Origin: an uncultured Rikenellaceae bacterium
Lineage (GTDB): Bacteria > Bacteroidota > Bacteroidia > Bacteroidales > VadinHA17
Assembly (NCBI GenBank): GCA_964612275.1
Contig: CAZTES010000001.1
Coordinates: 22,633-86,632 of the forward strand
Direction: 5' to 3'
Length of the DNA stretch: 64,000 nt
Below, one piece after another: positions 16,892-26,974 of the stretch. The notes under the pieces are model-generated. The model was not told the DNA's origin and did no database searches. It saw only the letters and a program-made list of their open reading frames with translations. Within the stretch, counting starts at the first letter, position 1; every line of letters begins with the position of its first letter. A program made the position numbers and the translations under genes.

Positions 16892-18496
16892 ATGAGTTTA
16901 GATTACAGGCAATTGGCAGGAAATAAAAGGATGCGTTTTATAGTCGCTGCAATATGGATTTTATGCGTTTATTTACCCATTGACGGACAGACTGATGAAA
17001 CCTTAACGGATGGGAATACGTGTTTCTATTATCCGAACGGACAAATATCCAGTGAAGGGTTTATACGGGATGGTAAACCGGATGGGTATTGGAAGACGTA
17101 TTATGTTACTGGAGTCATAAAATCAGAAGGAAAACGGAATAATTTCTTATTGGATAGCGTTTGGGTTTTCTATGATGTTAAAGGAGATACAATTGAGAAA
17201 ATCAATTACATGTACGGAAAAAAGAACGGATACTATTATACGTATGACACAAAAAATAAAGAAATTACATCACTGAATGGAAATATTGTATCGAAAGAAT
17301 TGTATGTAAATGACAAAAAGGAGGGACCTTCCTACTATTACTATAAGGATGGAAAAATTCACGAAACAATCAACTATGTTAACGGTAAAAAACAGGGTCT
17401 GATAAGAGAGTATTCTCAAAGCGGAGAAATCATAACACTCCAGGAATACCACAATGGATATATAGTAAACCAGGAGCGGATTAACCGAACTGATTCAAGT
17501 GGTTATAAACAGGGTGTCTGGAAAGAATTTTATCCGGATGGGAAGATTAAAACAGAAAGAAATTTTTACAATGACCAGCTGCATGGATTTTATAGGGAAT
17601 ATGATAAAAAAGGAAACCTGACCATTGCCATAAGATATGATAATGGAAGGATTATGGAAGAAGGTGTTGAGGAGGAGAAGGATGTCGAAATAAGAAACAG
17701 TTATGATGAGGATGGTAACCTTTTAGCAAGCGGACCTTATCGAAATGAAACACCCATTGGAGTTCATCGGGAATATGCAAAGAATGGAGAAATTATTGGA
17801 TCAAAAATATACGACGATTTAGGACGGGTAATATCGATCGGTATTGTGAATGAGGAAGGAGAACGCATAGGAAAATGGGAGAATTTTTATGCTTCGGGAA
17901 AATTGAAATCCGAAGGGGATTATACAAACAATTTGAAAGAGGGACGATGGGTTTATTATTACGAAAATAGTAATATCGAACAAACAGGAGACTTTCGAAA
18001 TGGTTTGGAAAACGGCACGTGGAAATGGTATTACTTTAACGGCAATTTACACAGGGAGGAGGAGTATTTTAATGGGAAAGAGGATGGAATCGCTACCGAA
18101 TACTCAGTGGAAGGAGAAATAATTGCGCAAGGTGACTATCTGGAAGGAGAGAAAGAAGGAAAATGGTTTTACAATGCAGGTGATTATACGGAAGAAGGAA
18201 AGTATGTAGTAGGATTGCGGGAAGGAACCTGGAAACATTATTACGAAAACGGGAACATGAAATATCAGGGAGGCTACTTGCAGGGAAATCCACATAAACG
18301 GCATAAAATCTATTGGGATAACGAGGTGTTAAAGGAGGAGCGATATTACGATATGGGAATGAAAGAGAAAACATGGAAAAAGTATAATGAAGAGGGAGTT
18401 TTATTAATGACAATCACTTACAAAGATGACATGGAGCACAGGATTAATGGTGTTAAAGTTGATCTCCCGGAAAGTGATGTTAAGCTTATTAAATAA
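16892..18496 (+). CDS. MORN-repeat (YwqK-like repeat) protein, probably secreted
   Basis: Many tandem ~23-aa repeats of the G-x-W-x-x-Y-Y-x-N-G / K-x-G pattern (e.g. DGYWKTYYVTGVIKSEG, EGRWVYYYENSNIEQTG, NGTWKWYYFNGNLHREE). A signal-like segment follows Met-14 (alternative start 16931). Confidence 0.75.
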   Translation: MSLDYRQLAGNKRMRFIVAAIWILCVYLPIDGQTDETLTDGNTCFYYPNGQISSEGFIRDGKPDGYWKTYYVTGVIKSEGKRNNFLLDSVWVFYDVKGDTIEKINYMYGKKNGYYYTYDTKNKEITSLNGNIVSKELYVNDKKEGPSYYYYKDGKIHETINYVNGKKQGLIREYSQSGEIITLQEYHNGYIVNQERINRTDSSGYKQGVWKEFYPDGKIKTERNFYNDQLHGFYREYDKKGNLTIAIRYDNGRIMEEGVEEEKDVEIRNSYDEDGNLLASGPYRNETPIGVHREYAKNGEIIGSKIYDDLGRVISIGIVNEEGERIGKWENFYASGKLKSEGDYTNNLKEGRWVYYYENSNIEQTGDFRNGLENGTWKWYYFNGNLHREEEYFNGKEDGIATEYSVEGEIIAQGDYLEGEKEGKWFYNAGDYTEEGKYVVGLREGTWKHYYENGNMKYQGGYLQGNPHKRHKIYWDNEVLKEERYYDMGMKEKTWKKYNEEGVLLMTITYKDDMEHRINGVKVDLPESDVKLIK

Positions 18497-18509
18497 GATC
18501 TATTGGTAG

Positions 18510-19532
18510 ATGGATGATTCATTACACATACGGGAAAATGAATTAACTTCAACGGACAGGGAGTTTGAAAAGAAATTAAGGCCGTTGGATTTTAAGGAAT
18601 TTTTCGGGCAGGATAAAATTATTGAAAACCTCAAAATCTTTGTTGAAGCAGCCATGATGAGAGGAGAGTCACTGGACCATGTCCTGCTTCATGGACCACC
18701 TGGATTGGGCAAAACAACACTGGCGTACATCATAGCACACGAGCTGAATGTCAATATGAAAATTACATCCGGACCGGTTCTGGATAAACCGGGAGACCTG
18801 GCCGGATTGTTAACCAACCTGGAAGATAAAGATGTGCTATTCATCGATGAAATACACCGCCTGAGCCCCGTTGTGGAAGAATATCTCTATTCAGCCATGG
18901 AGGATTATAATATTGATATCATGATTGATAAAGGACCAGGAGCACGATCAATACAACTCAATCTGAATGCATTTACGTTGATTGGAGCAACAACAAGATC
19001 AGGCCTGTTAACCAGTCCTTTGAGGTCTCGTTTTGGGATAACATTTCACCTGGAATATTATGACAATAAAATCCTGGACCGAATTGTTAAACGATCGGCT
19101 GGAATCCTGAATGTATCAATCGATAAAAAAGCCTCTATGGAAATTGCCTCACGAAGCAGAGGAACGCCACGAATAGCAAATGCCTTGCTGAGAAGGGTTC
19201 GGGATTTTGCGCAGGTAAAAGGAACCGGTGATATTAATCTTGAAATATCAAAATATTCACTCTCAGCCCTGAACATTGATCAACATGGGCTTGATGAAAT
19301 GGACACAAAAATCCTGCTTACCATCATTGAAAAATTTAAGGGGGGACCGGTAGGTATATCTACCATTGCAACGGCTGTTGGTGAAGATGCTGGTACGATT
19401 GAAGAAGTATACGAGCCCTTCCTTATAAAAGAGGGATACATTAAACGAACACCCAGGGGACGGGAAGTAACCGATTTAACCTATAAGCATTTGGGTAAAA
19501 ACAGAATAGGAGAAAACGGAACACTGTTTTAG
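18510..19532 (+). CDS. ruvB: Holliday junction branch migration helicase RuvB
   Basis: Walker [10 protein letters not shown], Walker [10 protein letters not shown], sensor region [21 protein letters not shown], and C-terminal winged helix. Confidence 0.95.
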   Translation: MDDSLHIRENELTSTDREFEKKLRPLDFKEFFGQDKIIENLKIFVEAAMMRGESLDHVLLHGPPGLGKTTLAYIIAHELNVNMKITSGPVLDKPGDLAGLLTNLEDKDVLFIDEIHRLSPVVEEYLYSAMEDYNIDIMIDKGPGARSIQLNLNAFTLIGATTRSGLLTSPLRSRFGITFHLEYYDNKILDRIVKRSAGILNVSIDKKASMEIASRSRGTPRIANALLRRVRDFAQVKGTGDINLEISKYSLSALNIDQHGLDEMDTKILLTIIEKFKGGPVGISTIATAVGEDAGTIEEVYEPFLIKEGYIKRTPRGREVTDLTYKHLGKNRIGENGTLF

Positions 19533-19609
19533 TAATTTTGTAATACCAGGCATTATATTTATATTTATTCCCGTAATCAAACCCACCAAAATTTCTGAAA
19601 TAGTATATT

Positions 19610-19780
19610 ATGAAAGAATTATTTAAAAGAATTGGCATTTTTTTCATCATCGCAGGTATTGTTATTCTGGGTTATTCGGAATTCAGCGGGCAGGAAAGCA
19701 ATAAACTCTTAATCCTGAGCGGAGGATTGATTTTTGGCGGATTTCTGGTGTATGTAATCCTGAATAATATTCTCGATTAG
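19610..19780 (+). CDS. Small (56 aa) two-TM membrane protein, not in the ORF track
   Basis: Hand translation gives MKELFKRIGIFFIIAGIVILGYSEFSGQESNKLLILSGGLIFGGFLVYVILNNILD*. It has two clear hydrophobic helices. A TAATTTTG box at 19533-19540 lies upstream. Confidence 0.4.
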   Translation: MKELFKRIGIFFIIAGIVILGYSEFSGQESNKLLILSGGLIFGGFLVYVILNNILD

Positions 19781-19789
19781 AATGGAGGC

Positions 19790-20494
19790 TTAAAAATGAT
19801 TTCCGATTTTTATAAGGGACCTGCTGTTTAAGATCTTTATTTTCCTTCCATTTAATTCAATAAGACCATCATTTTTAAATTCTGATAAAAGACGAATTAC
19901 TGACTCTGTAGCCGTACCCACGATATTTGCAAGCTCCTCACGGGTTAACGAGATCTGCAACACCTGGTCATCATCCAAACCGAAATTATCTTTCAGGTGT
20001 ATCAATACTTCAGCCAATCTTTCACGGACCGTCTTTTGTGCAATATCGGTAATGTATGCATTTGCCTCACCTAGCTCCTTGCAGGTTAGTTTCATGATTT
20101 CCATAGAAAAATTGCCATTGTTTTTAACCAGGGAAAAAAGGATGTCTGAAGAGATATAACAGAGCGTTGAATCTTCTATAATCTTTGCCGTCGTACAGGC
20201 CAGTTCATTACTTAAAATGGATCTGTATCCAATAATGTCACCGCGCTTTGCAAACCGGATGATTTGCTCTTTTCCATCTATGCCAGTTTTATATACTTTT
20301 ATGATTCCACTGTGCATACAGTAAAACCCATTGATCCTACTTCCTTCATGGTAAATGATTTCACCCCGTTTATAGAACACAGAATTTTTCTTGTAGTTCA
20401 AATGATCCAATTCATCCTGGGTCAAATGTTTAAAGATGGAATTAAATTCCAAGGAGCACCTTCCGCAAACCGGTGGATTTTTAACTTGTTTCAT
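19790..20494 (-). CDS. Crp/Fnr-family transcriptional regulator
   Basis: cNMP-binding-like beta-roll (FYKRGEIIYHEGSRINGFYCMHSGIIKVYK) and a C-terminal HTH (LTREELANIVGTATESVIRLLSEF). An N-terminal Cys pair is present (CGRC). Confidence 0.85.
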   Translation of the reverse strand: MKQVKNPPVCGRCSLEFNSIFKHLTQDELDHLNYKKNSVFYKRGEIIYHEGSRINGFYCMHSGIIKVYKTGIDGKEQIIRFAKRGDIIGYRSILSNELACTTAKIIEDSTLCYISSDILFSLVKNNGNFSMEIMKLTCKELGEANAYITDIAQKTVRERLAEVLIHLKDNFGLDDDQVLQISLTREELANIVGTATESVIRLLSEFKNDGLIELNGRKIKILNSRSLIKIGNHF

Positions 20495-20564
20495 TAAAAA
20501 AATTGTAGCAGAAAAATTAAAATACAGGTTACTTTCTTGCTTTTTGCAATATACGATTAAAAAG

Positions 20565-20572
20565 TATATTTG
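20565..20572 (+). promoter_or_regulatory. Candidate -7 promoter box TATATTTG for the OsmC-like gene
   Basis: TAnnTTTG match 30 nt upstream of the 20602 ATG. A TTTG at 20543-20546 lies 18 nt upstream of the box (possible -33). Confidence 0.4.
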
Positions 20573-20601
20573 TAAACCTAAGTATTAAAATATCTAAAGA
20601 T

Positions 20602-21021
20602 ATGAAAGAAACCATAAATTGTAATTGGTTGGGAAATATGGCGTTTGAAGCTGAGCTGGATGGTCATAAGATAACGTTGGATGCTCACCAGGATGTGGGA
20701 GGAGAAAACCGGGGAGCAAGGCCGAAACCATTAATGATGATCGCTCTGGCTGGCTGTACCGGCATGGATGTCATGTCAATTTTGAAGAAAATGAGGGTTT
20801 CCGTTGACCGGATGAATGTCACAGTCGATGGTGAGCTAACCGAAGAGCATCCAAAACATTTTCATAGCATGCACATTACCTATACATTTTATGGTAAACA
20901 ACTGCCGGAAGGGAAAATTCAAAAGGCAGTAGATTTATCGCAGGAACGGTATTGCGGCGTTAGTGTTACATACCGAAAAGCCCTTGAACTGACCTCGGAA
21001 ATAAAACTGATCGAAGAATAG
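20602..21021 (+). CDS. OsmC-family peroxiredoxin-like protein
   Basis: 139 aa. Two conserved Cys contexts (LAGCTGMDV and ERYCGVS) are typical of OsmC/Ohr. Confidence 0.85.
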   Translation: MKETINCNWLGNMAFEAELDGHKITLDAHQDVGGENRGARPKPLMMIALAGCTGMDVMSILKKMRVSVDRMNVTVDGELTEEHPKHFHSMHITYTFYGKQLPEGKIQKAVDLSQERYCGVSVTYRKALELTSEIKLIEE

Positions 21022-21037
21022 GGAGAATGCGTTTCTG

Positions 21038-22075
21038 TTAGAATGCCGATTTAAATTGCCTGAGAAACCGTATATCGTTTTCGAAAAGAAGGCGAATGTC
21101 TTTGATTTGATATTTTAAAAGGGCTATTCGCTCAATACCCATGCCGAAGGCAAAACCGGTGTTTCGGTGGCTGTCGATACCGGTGAAATCCAGAACATTC
21201 GGGTCCACCATTCCGCAACCGAGTATTTCCAGCCAACCGGAATATTTACACAGGTTGCATCCTTTTCCTTCGCAGCTACAGGAGATGTCCATCTCTGCGG
21301 AGGGTTCTGTAAATGGAAAGAAGGAAGGCCTGAGACGGATGCGGGTTTGTTTTCCAAACATCTCCTTGGCAAAATAGAGCAGGGTTTGTTTAAGATCTGC
21401 AAATGAGACGTTTTCATCAATATAAAGGCCTTCAACCTGATGAAAGATACAATGCGAACGAGCAGAGATGGCTTCATTTCTAAAAACGCGACCGGGGGAG
21501 ATTGTGCGTATCGGGGGTTGCTGATTTTCCATGACACGAACCTGCACTGATGAGGTGTGTGTTCTCAATAAGACATCCAGGATTTTTCCCGTTTCATCCT
21601 CACTTTTTTTAATGAAGAAAGTATCCTGCATGTCTCTTGCCGGATGATTTGGAGGGAAGTTTAATTTCGAAAAAACATGATCATCATCCTCTATTTCAGG
21701 ACCTTCTGATACTGTAAATCCAAGACGAGTGAAAATTTCAATGATCTCATTTCTAATGATCGAAACCGGATGTCTGGAACCCAGCTCAAGGGGCTCGGCA
21801 GGAAGAGAAAAATCGGTTAATGATGTTTCTTCAGTATGCTCTTCAAGGCCAGTAAGGGATGCTTCAATTTTTTCGTGTATACGGCTTTTAAGCCGGTTGA
21901 TTTGTTGCCCTAGCCGCTTCTTCTCTTCCGGGGTGATGGACTTAAATTCAGAAAAAAGACCAGGAATAATTCCTTTTTTGCTCAGGAATTTTATCCTGAA
22001 CGATTCAATTTCCTCACGGCTTTTGGCCGAAAAAGCCTTCACCTCATTCAATAGTTCTTCAATTCTTTCTTCCAT
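21038..22075 (-). CDS. pheS: Phenylalanine--tRNA ligase alpha subunit
   Basis: HPARDMQDTFF, LLRTHTSSVQVR, RLRPSFFPFTEPSAEMD and FAFGMGIERIALL are class II aaRS motifs. Confidence 0.95.
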   Translation of the reverse strand: MEERIEELLNEVKAFSAKSREEIESFRIKFLSKKGIIPGLFSEFKSITPEEKKRLGQQINRLKSRIHEKIEASLTGLEEHTEETSLTDFSLPAEPLELGSRHPVSIIRNEIIEIFTRLGFTVSEGPEIEDDDHVFSKLNFPPNHPARDMQDTFFIKKSEDETGKILDVLLRTHTSSVQVRVMENQQPPIRTISPGRVFRNEAISARSHCIFHQVEGLYIDENVSFADLKQTLLYFAKEMFGKQTRIRLRPSFFPFTEPSAEMDISCSCEGKGCNLCKYSGWLEILGCGMVDPNVLDFTGIDSHRNTGFAFGMGIERIALLKYQIKDIRLLFENDIRFLRQFKSAF

Positions 22076-22138
22076 CTGCAGTCAGGATTTTTACAAAGAT
22101 ATAAGAAATTCAATGAGCTACCACTAAAGGGCTGAAAA

Positions 22139-22957
22139 TTATCTCCTTACCTTTCTGATTTGGATGCGAACCGGGTTGAGGGGACAATCCGAATTATCGG
22201 TCGGAACAGCAGCAATACGATCGATCAATTCAAGACCCTCCACGACTTCTCCAAATACGGTATAACTTCCATCAAGATGAGGAGTACCACCAATAACTTT
22301 GTATGTTTCCCATTGTTCTGACGGAATGTTGTATGGTATATAATGTTTTAATTGCTCTTCGGTTTTGAGTGTGGCTGCCAGTTGAATTTCAGCATAATCG
22401 AGTGGTTCGTCTTTTTCAAATGCTTTTTGCTCTTCTTCCTTTATATTCTTAAAAAAAAGGGCCTGTTTTCTCATATTGTTGATGCGGTCCTCCAGTTGTT
22501 CTAATTCCTGATCATCAAAAACTTTTCCGTGTACAATATAGAATTGCGTGCTGGAGGATGCCTGATCAGGATTCACATCATCACCCATCCTTGCGGCAGC
22601 AAGAGCGCCTTTTTTATGGAACAGACCGGGATGAAATTCCGCAGGTACGGTATAATTAACATCTATGCCATCCTGTTTCAATTGATCTGAAATAACAGCA
22701 GCGGGATTACCTGCCTGAATCATGAATTCATTGATAACACGGTGAAAGGTCATGCCGTCGTAAAATTTTTTATTGATCAGTGATAAAAAATTATCGCGGT
22801 GAAGGGGCGTTTCGTTGTAAAGCCTGATTTTCATGGTTCCCAGATTTGTTTCGATCGAAACAAACCATACTTTTTCTTCTCGGTTTGTGCTACAAAAAGA
22901 AAAGGATAGAATCACAACAAAGGCAAGGAGAAATTGGAATAACTTGTTTGATTGCAT
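22139..22957 (-). CDS. Cyclophilin-type peptidyl-prolyl cis-trans isomerase (lipoprotein/secreted, with insertion)
   Basis: FHRVINEFMIQAG and STQFYIVHG...LDGSYTVFGEVVEG. Met-16 gives a signal/lipobox N-terminus (MQSNKLFQFLLAFVVILSFSFC). Confidence 0.85.
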   Translation of the reverse strand: MQSNKLFQFLLAFVVILSFSFCSTNREEKVWFVSIETNLGTMKIRLYNETPLHRDNFLSLINKKFYDGMTFHRVINEFMIQAGNPAAVISDQLKQDGIDVNYTVPAEFHPGLFHKKGALAAARMGDDVNPDQASSSTQFYIVHGKVFDDQELEQLEDRINNMRKQALFFKNIKEEEQKAFEKDEPLDYAEIQLAATLKTEEQLKHYIPYNIPSEQWETYKVIGGTPHLDGSYTVFGEVVEGLELIDRIAAVPTDNSDCPLNPVRIQIRKVRR

Positions 22958-23122
22958 CGTAAAAAAATTAAAAAGAAAGAATTCGTTATCGAATGAACAC
23001 ACAAAATTATGATTATAAATAGGGATTCATAAAATTTATTGAGGAAAACGTAACTTCAGGAAAAATTGGAAAAATAGAACCATGCGTGATGATAATGCGA
23101 TTATTGATTAATTTTGGGAAGC

Positions 23123-23995
23123 ATGGGAAAAGTAATAGCCATCACAGGATCTTCTGGTTTCATAGGAAACGAAATTATCCCTTATTTTAACAGACAAGGG
23201 TATCAAATTATACGGATGAGCCGGGAAATGATCAGGGATGGGGCGAAACTGCAGACCATTGTTAGTGAAGCAGATGCTATAATAAATCTTGCCGGAGCAT
23301 CCATATTGGCTCGATGGACAGGAAAAAAGAAGTCAGAAATAATGGATAGCCGGGTTGAAACCACCCGGAGGATCGTATCTGCCATTAACCTTGCTGATGA
23401 ACCACCAGCCCTGTTTATATCTGCTTCAGCGATTGGGTTGTACGATCAGCATCATGAGCATACAGAAGCAAGCCGTTATGTGAAAAAGGATTTCCTGGCA
23501 CAGGTAATACTGGAGTGGGAAAAGGAAGCTGAAAAGATAAGAAATGCGAAAACAAGAGTCGTTATTTTTAGGCTTGGTATTGTATTGGGAAGAAACGGGG
23601 GGATGATGAAAAAGATGCTAACAATCATTAATTTTGGACTGGGAACTATACTGGGTTCAGGAAAGCAGAGCTTTCCGGTGGTTCATGTTGACGACGTGAT
23701 TAGCGCAATTCAACACGTCATGATGTTTGAACAAAGTGCGGGAACATACAATCTGGTTGCACCATTCCGCGCAACCAACAAAACGTTTACAAAAATGTTG
23801 GCAAAGAAAATGAAGAAGCCTGTTTTTTTACGAATTCCGGAACAAGTATTACGGCTTGTTTTTCTGGATGGGGCAACGGTTTTAACTGAAGGACAACAGG
23901 TTGTTCCTGAACGATTGCTGGGTGAAGGATTTGCCTTTCGCCATGAAACCCTGAATCAGTGCCTTGATAACATTTTAATACCACAATCTCTATAA
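23123..23995 (+). CDS. TIGR01777/YfcH-type NAD-dependent epimerase-family protein (with DUF1731-like C-terminus)
   Basis: Rossmann motif ITGSSGFIG at the N-terminus and a C-terminal PERLLGEGFAFRHETLNQCL. The first ATG is at 23123; the ORF-track start at 23114 is TTG. Confidence 0.8.
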   Translation: MGKVIAITGSSGFIGNEIIPYFNRQGYQIIRMSREMIRDGAKLQTIVSEADAIINLAGASILARWTGKKKSEIMDSRVETTRRIVSAINLADEPPALFISASAIGLYDQHHEHTEASRYVKKDFLAQVILEWEKEAEKIRNAKTRVVIFRLGIVLGRNGGMMKKMLTIINFGLGTILGSGKQSFPVVHVDDVISAIQHVMMFEQSAGTYNLVAPFRATNKTFTKMLAKKMKKPVFLRIPEQVLRLVFLDGATVLTEGQQVVPERLLGEGFAFRHETLNQCLDNILIPQSL

Positions 23996-23998
23996 TTC

Positions 23999-24904
23999 AT
24001 GCCTAGATTACTCGATAAATCATCAAAATACAGACTGGGAGTACTGGAAGGATGGATCTCCTTATGTGGCAATGTCATACTGTTTGGACTAAAATATTGG
24101 GCGGGAGTGGTTACGGGATCTGTTGCCCTGATTGCTGATGCATGGCATACCCTGAGCGATTCAATCTCGTCCGTAATTCTTCTTATAGGGCTTACAGTTG
24201 CGAGGAAACCGGCTGATAAAGAACATCCTTTCGGTCATGGAAGGGCCGAGTTAATATCATCGATTGTCATTGGTTTTATACTGGCGATGATTGGGGTTAA
24301 TTTTTTCAGGGAATCCGTGTTGAGATTACTAAAGCATCAGGAGGTCGTTTTTGGAACAATTGCCATTGTTGTTACCGCAATTTCAATCGTTGTTAAAGAA
24401 GCCCTGGCAAGATTTGCCTTTTGGGCTGGTGAAAAAGAGGGTTTAAAATCAACCATGGCCGACGGATGGCATCACCGATCCGATGCCTTGTCGTCCCTAA
24501 TCATATTGATTGGAATATTCTTGGGAAAATTCTTCTGGTGGATAGATGGGATCCTTGGACTCCTGGTGTCTCTATTAATATTTTACACAGCCTATACAAT
24601 TATTAAAAATTCAGCCGATTCCCTGTTGGGAGAAACACCAGATCGTAAAATGTTACGTAGTATTGAGAAGATTGCCGGGGAAGTCTATCCCTACAACCTT
24701 GGAATGCACCATTTCCATATACACCGGTATGGTGAACATACTGAAATGACATTTCATATCGTTTTGCCTGAGAAAATGGAACTTAAAGAAGCAGGAGAGC
24801 TTACAAGAAAATTATTTGAGAGAATCAATAAAGAATTGAATATCATTGCAACGATACACATCGATACGGAAAGCAACTATGTGAAAGAGACAAAGGATGA
24901 TTGA
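23999..24904 (+). CDS. Cation diffusion facilitator (CDF) family metal efflux transporter
   Basis: Six-TM layout with the HxxxD pairs AWHTLSDSISS and GWHHRSDALSS, plus a cytoplasmic C-terminal domain. Confidence 0.85.
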   Translation: MPRLLDKSSKYRLGVLEGWISLCGNVILFGLKYWAGVVTGSVALIADAWHTLSDSISSVILLIGLTVARKPADKEHPFGHGRAELISSIVIGFILAMIGVNFFRESVLRLLKHQEVVFGTIAIVVTAISIVVKEALARFAFWAGEKEGLKSTMADGWHHRSDALSSLIILIGIFLGKFFWWIDGILGLLVSLLIFYTAYTIIKNSADSLLGETPDRKMLRSIEKIAGEVYPYNLGMHHFHIHRYGEHTEMTFHIVLPEKMELKEAGELTRKLFERINKELNIIATIHIDTESNYVKETKDD

Positions 24905-26417
24905 GAAAAACAACCTATCTTTCAGCCATAATTCATCATTCATGTTTCATCCCATTAAACAACTTGCAGGACAAACAGCCGTTTACGGCCTTGGAACAAT
25001 GATCCCGAGGTTTTTAAACTATGCTCTTCTAACACCATTTTATACGCGGATATTAGGACTAGGAGAGTATGGTGTCTTAACAGAATTGTATGCTTATGTT
25101 GTAGTTTTATTGGTGGTACTGACCTATGGTATGGAAACCGGATATTTCAGGTTTTCGACATCTGATCAGGAGAAGGATCGGGTGTTCAGCACTGCCTGGA
25201 TCTCCCTGTTTATTACATCATCCTTATTCATTCTGCTGGTAATACTGTTCAATAACCCCATTTCTGATGTGCTGGATTATTCTGCCAACAGAGAGTACAT
25301 TGTGATTTTTGCAGTTATTGTTGGCATGGATGCTTTTTCAACCATTCCGTTTGCCAAATTGCGAAGGGAAAACCGGGGGTTACGATTTGGAATCATTAAG
25401 TTAGTTAATGTTGCGGTTATCATTGTGCTTGTCTTTTTTTTCCTGCTTTATGTTCCACGAGTTGTCGGAAGGAATCCTAACTCCTGGTTGAGGCTGATTT
25501 ACGATCCTGATTTTGGTGTGGGCTATGTTTTTGTTGCAAACCTGGCGGGAAGCACGATTTCATTGCTTCTGTTGCTTCCGGAGATCATCAGCACGAAACC
25601 GGAATTTAACACAGCATTGATGAAGCGGATGTTCCGATATTCATTTCCGCTTTTGATTGCAGGACTTGCCGGAACGCTGAATGAAGCACTGGATAAAATA
25701 CTCTTAAAACACCTTTTACCGGATGAAATAGACGGAATGGCTCAGCTGGGTATTTATGGCGCCAGTTTCAAATTAGCCGTTTTTCTAAGTCTGTTTATAC
25801 AGATGTTCAGGTATGCTGCCGAACCATTCTTCTTTGCAAGGGCAAAGGAGGAAAATGCTAAAGAACTCTATGCACTCGTGATGAAATACTTTATCATTGC
25901 AGGGTTAATGATTTTTTTGGGAATTACACTATTGATCGAGGTTGCAAAATATTTTATAGGACCAAAATTCTGGATGGGACTTGATATAGTTCCGGTCGTT
26001 CTTATGGGATACCTGTTTTATGGGATATTTGTGAATTTGTCCATCTGGTATAAGTTGAACGATCTGACAAAATATGGTGCTATTCTAACCGTGGTAGGAG
26101 CCATTGTGACGGTAAGCGTTAATGTGATTTTTGTACCGATTTATGGATATCATGCAAGTGCATGGGGCCACTTTTTATGCTATCTGGTCATGGTTATCTG
26201 TTCCTATTTCATGGGAAGACACTATTACCCAATTGATTACCCGGTTAAAAGAATTTTGTTATACGGAATAATAGCAATTGCCCTGTTCTTTATCGATAAG
26301 CTTGTTTCCATTGAGAAAGTACCATTAGAAATGGGATTTAATCTTTTGCTATTCGGTATTTTCGCTGGAGTTATCTGGGTAAAGGAAAATCTAAGAACAT
26401 TGATTTTAAAAGAGTGA
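24897..26417 (+). CDS. MOP-superfamily polysaccharide/oligosaccharide flippase-like membrane protein
   Basis: Polytopic (about 12-14 helices) with N-terminal IKQLAGQTAVYGLGTMIPRFLNYALLTPFYTRIL, typical of Wzx-like proteins. An alternative start at 24942 (Met-16) would remove the 8-nt overlap. Confidence 0.75.
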   Translation: MIEKNNLSFSHNSSFMFHPIKQLAGQTAVYGLGTMIPRFLNYALLTPFYTRILGLGEYGVLTELYAYVVVLLVVLTYGMETGYFRFSTSDQEKDRVFSTAWISLFITSSLFILLVILFNNPISDVLDYSANREYIVIFAVIVGMDAFSTIPFAKLRRENRGLRFGIIKLVNVAVIIVLVFFFLLYVPRVVGRNPNSWLRLIYDPDFGVGYVFVANLAGSTISLLLLLPEIISTKPEFNTALMKRMFRYSFPLLIAGLAGTLNEALDKILLKHLLPDEIDGMAQLGIYGASFKLAVFLSLFIQMFRYAAEPFFFARAKEENAKELYALVMKYFIIAGLMIFLGITLLIEVAKYFIGPKFWMGLDIVPVVLMGYLFYGIFVNLSIWYKLNDLTKYGAILTVVGAIVTVSVNVIFVPIYGYHASAWGHFLCYLVMVICSYFMGRHYYPIDYPVKRILLYGIIAIALFFIDKLVSIEKVPLEMGFNLLLFGIFAGVIWVKENLRTLILKE

Positions 26418-26482
26418 AAGGAAACAGATAAGGTTGTTTAAGGGGAGAAGAATAAACTTGATGTAAACGAAGTATTGGGTAA

Positions 26483-26917
26483 ATGAAAATTAAGATTGTA
26501 AATAAATCGAAGCATCCGATACCCGGATATAGCACAAAATTTTCTGCAGGAATGGATATTCGTGCAAGCCTGGGAAGCCCGGTTGTTCTTAAACCGATGG
26601 AGCGGTCTTTAATACCTACTGGGATATACATAGAATTACAAAAAAATTATGAGGCGCAAATTCGGCCAAGAAGCGGACTGGCACTGAAACATGGAATTAC
26701 GGTGTTGAATACTCCAGGTACTATTGATTCAGATTACAGGGGAGAAATTTGTGTGATCTTGATTAACCTTTCAAAAGAAAATTTTGTTGTGAATGACGGA
26801 GAAAGGATATGCCAGATGATTATCACAAAACATGAATCGATTGAGTGGGAACTGGTAGATACGCTTGAAGACACAGATCGTGGAGACGGAGGATTTGGAC
26901 ACACGGGTAGTGAGTGA
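26483..26917 (+). CDS. dut: dUTP diphosphatase
   Basis: [31 protein letters not shown] and C-terminal [10 protein letters not shown]. Confidence 0.95.
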   Translation: MKIKIVNKSKHPIPGYSTKFSAGMDIRASLGSPVVLKPMERSLIPTGIYIELQKNYEAQIRPRSGLALKHGITVLNTPGTIDSDYRGEICVILINLSKENFVVNDGERICQMIITKHESIEWELVDTLEDTDRGDGGFGHTGSE

Positions 26918-26974
26918 TCGGAAATGGATAAGCGATAAGACTGAAAGAAAGAGAGATTCATTAAAAAACGAAAA

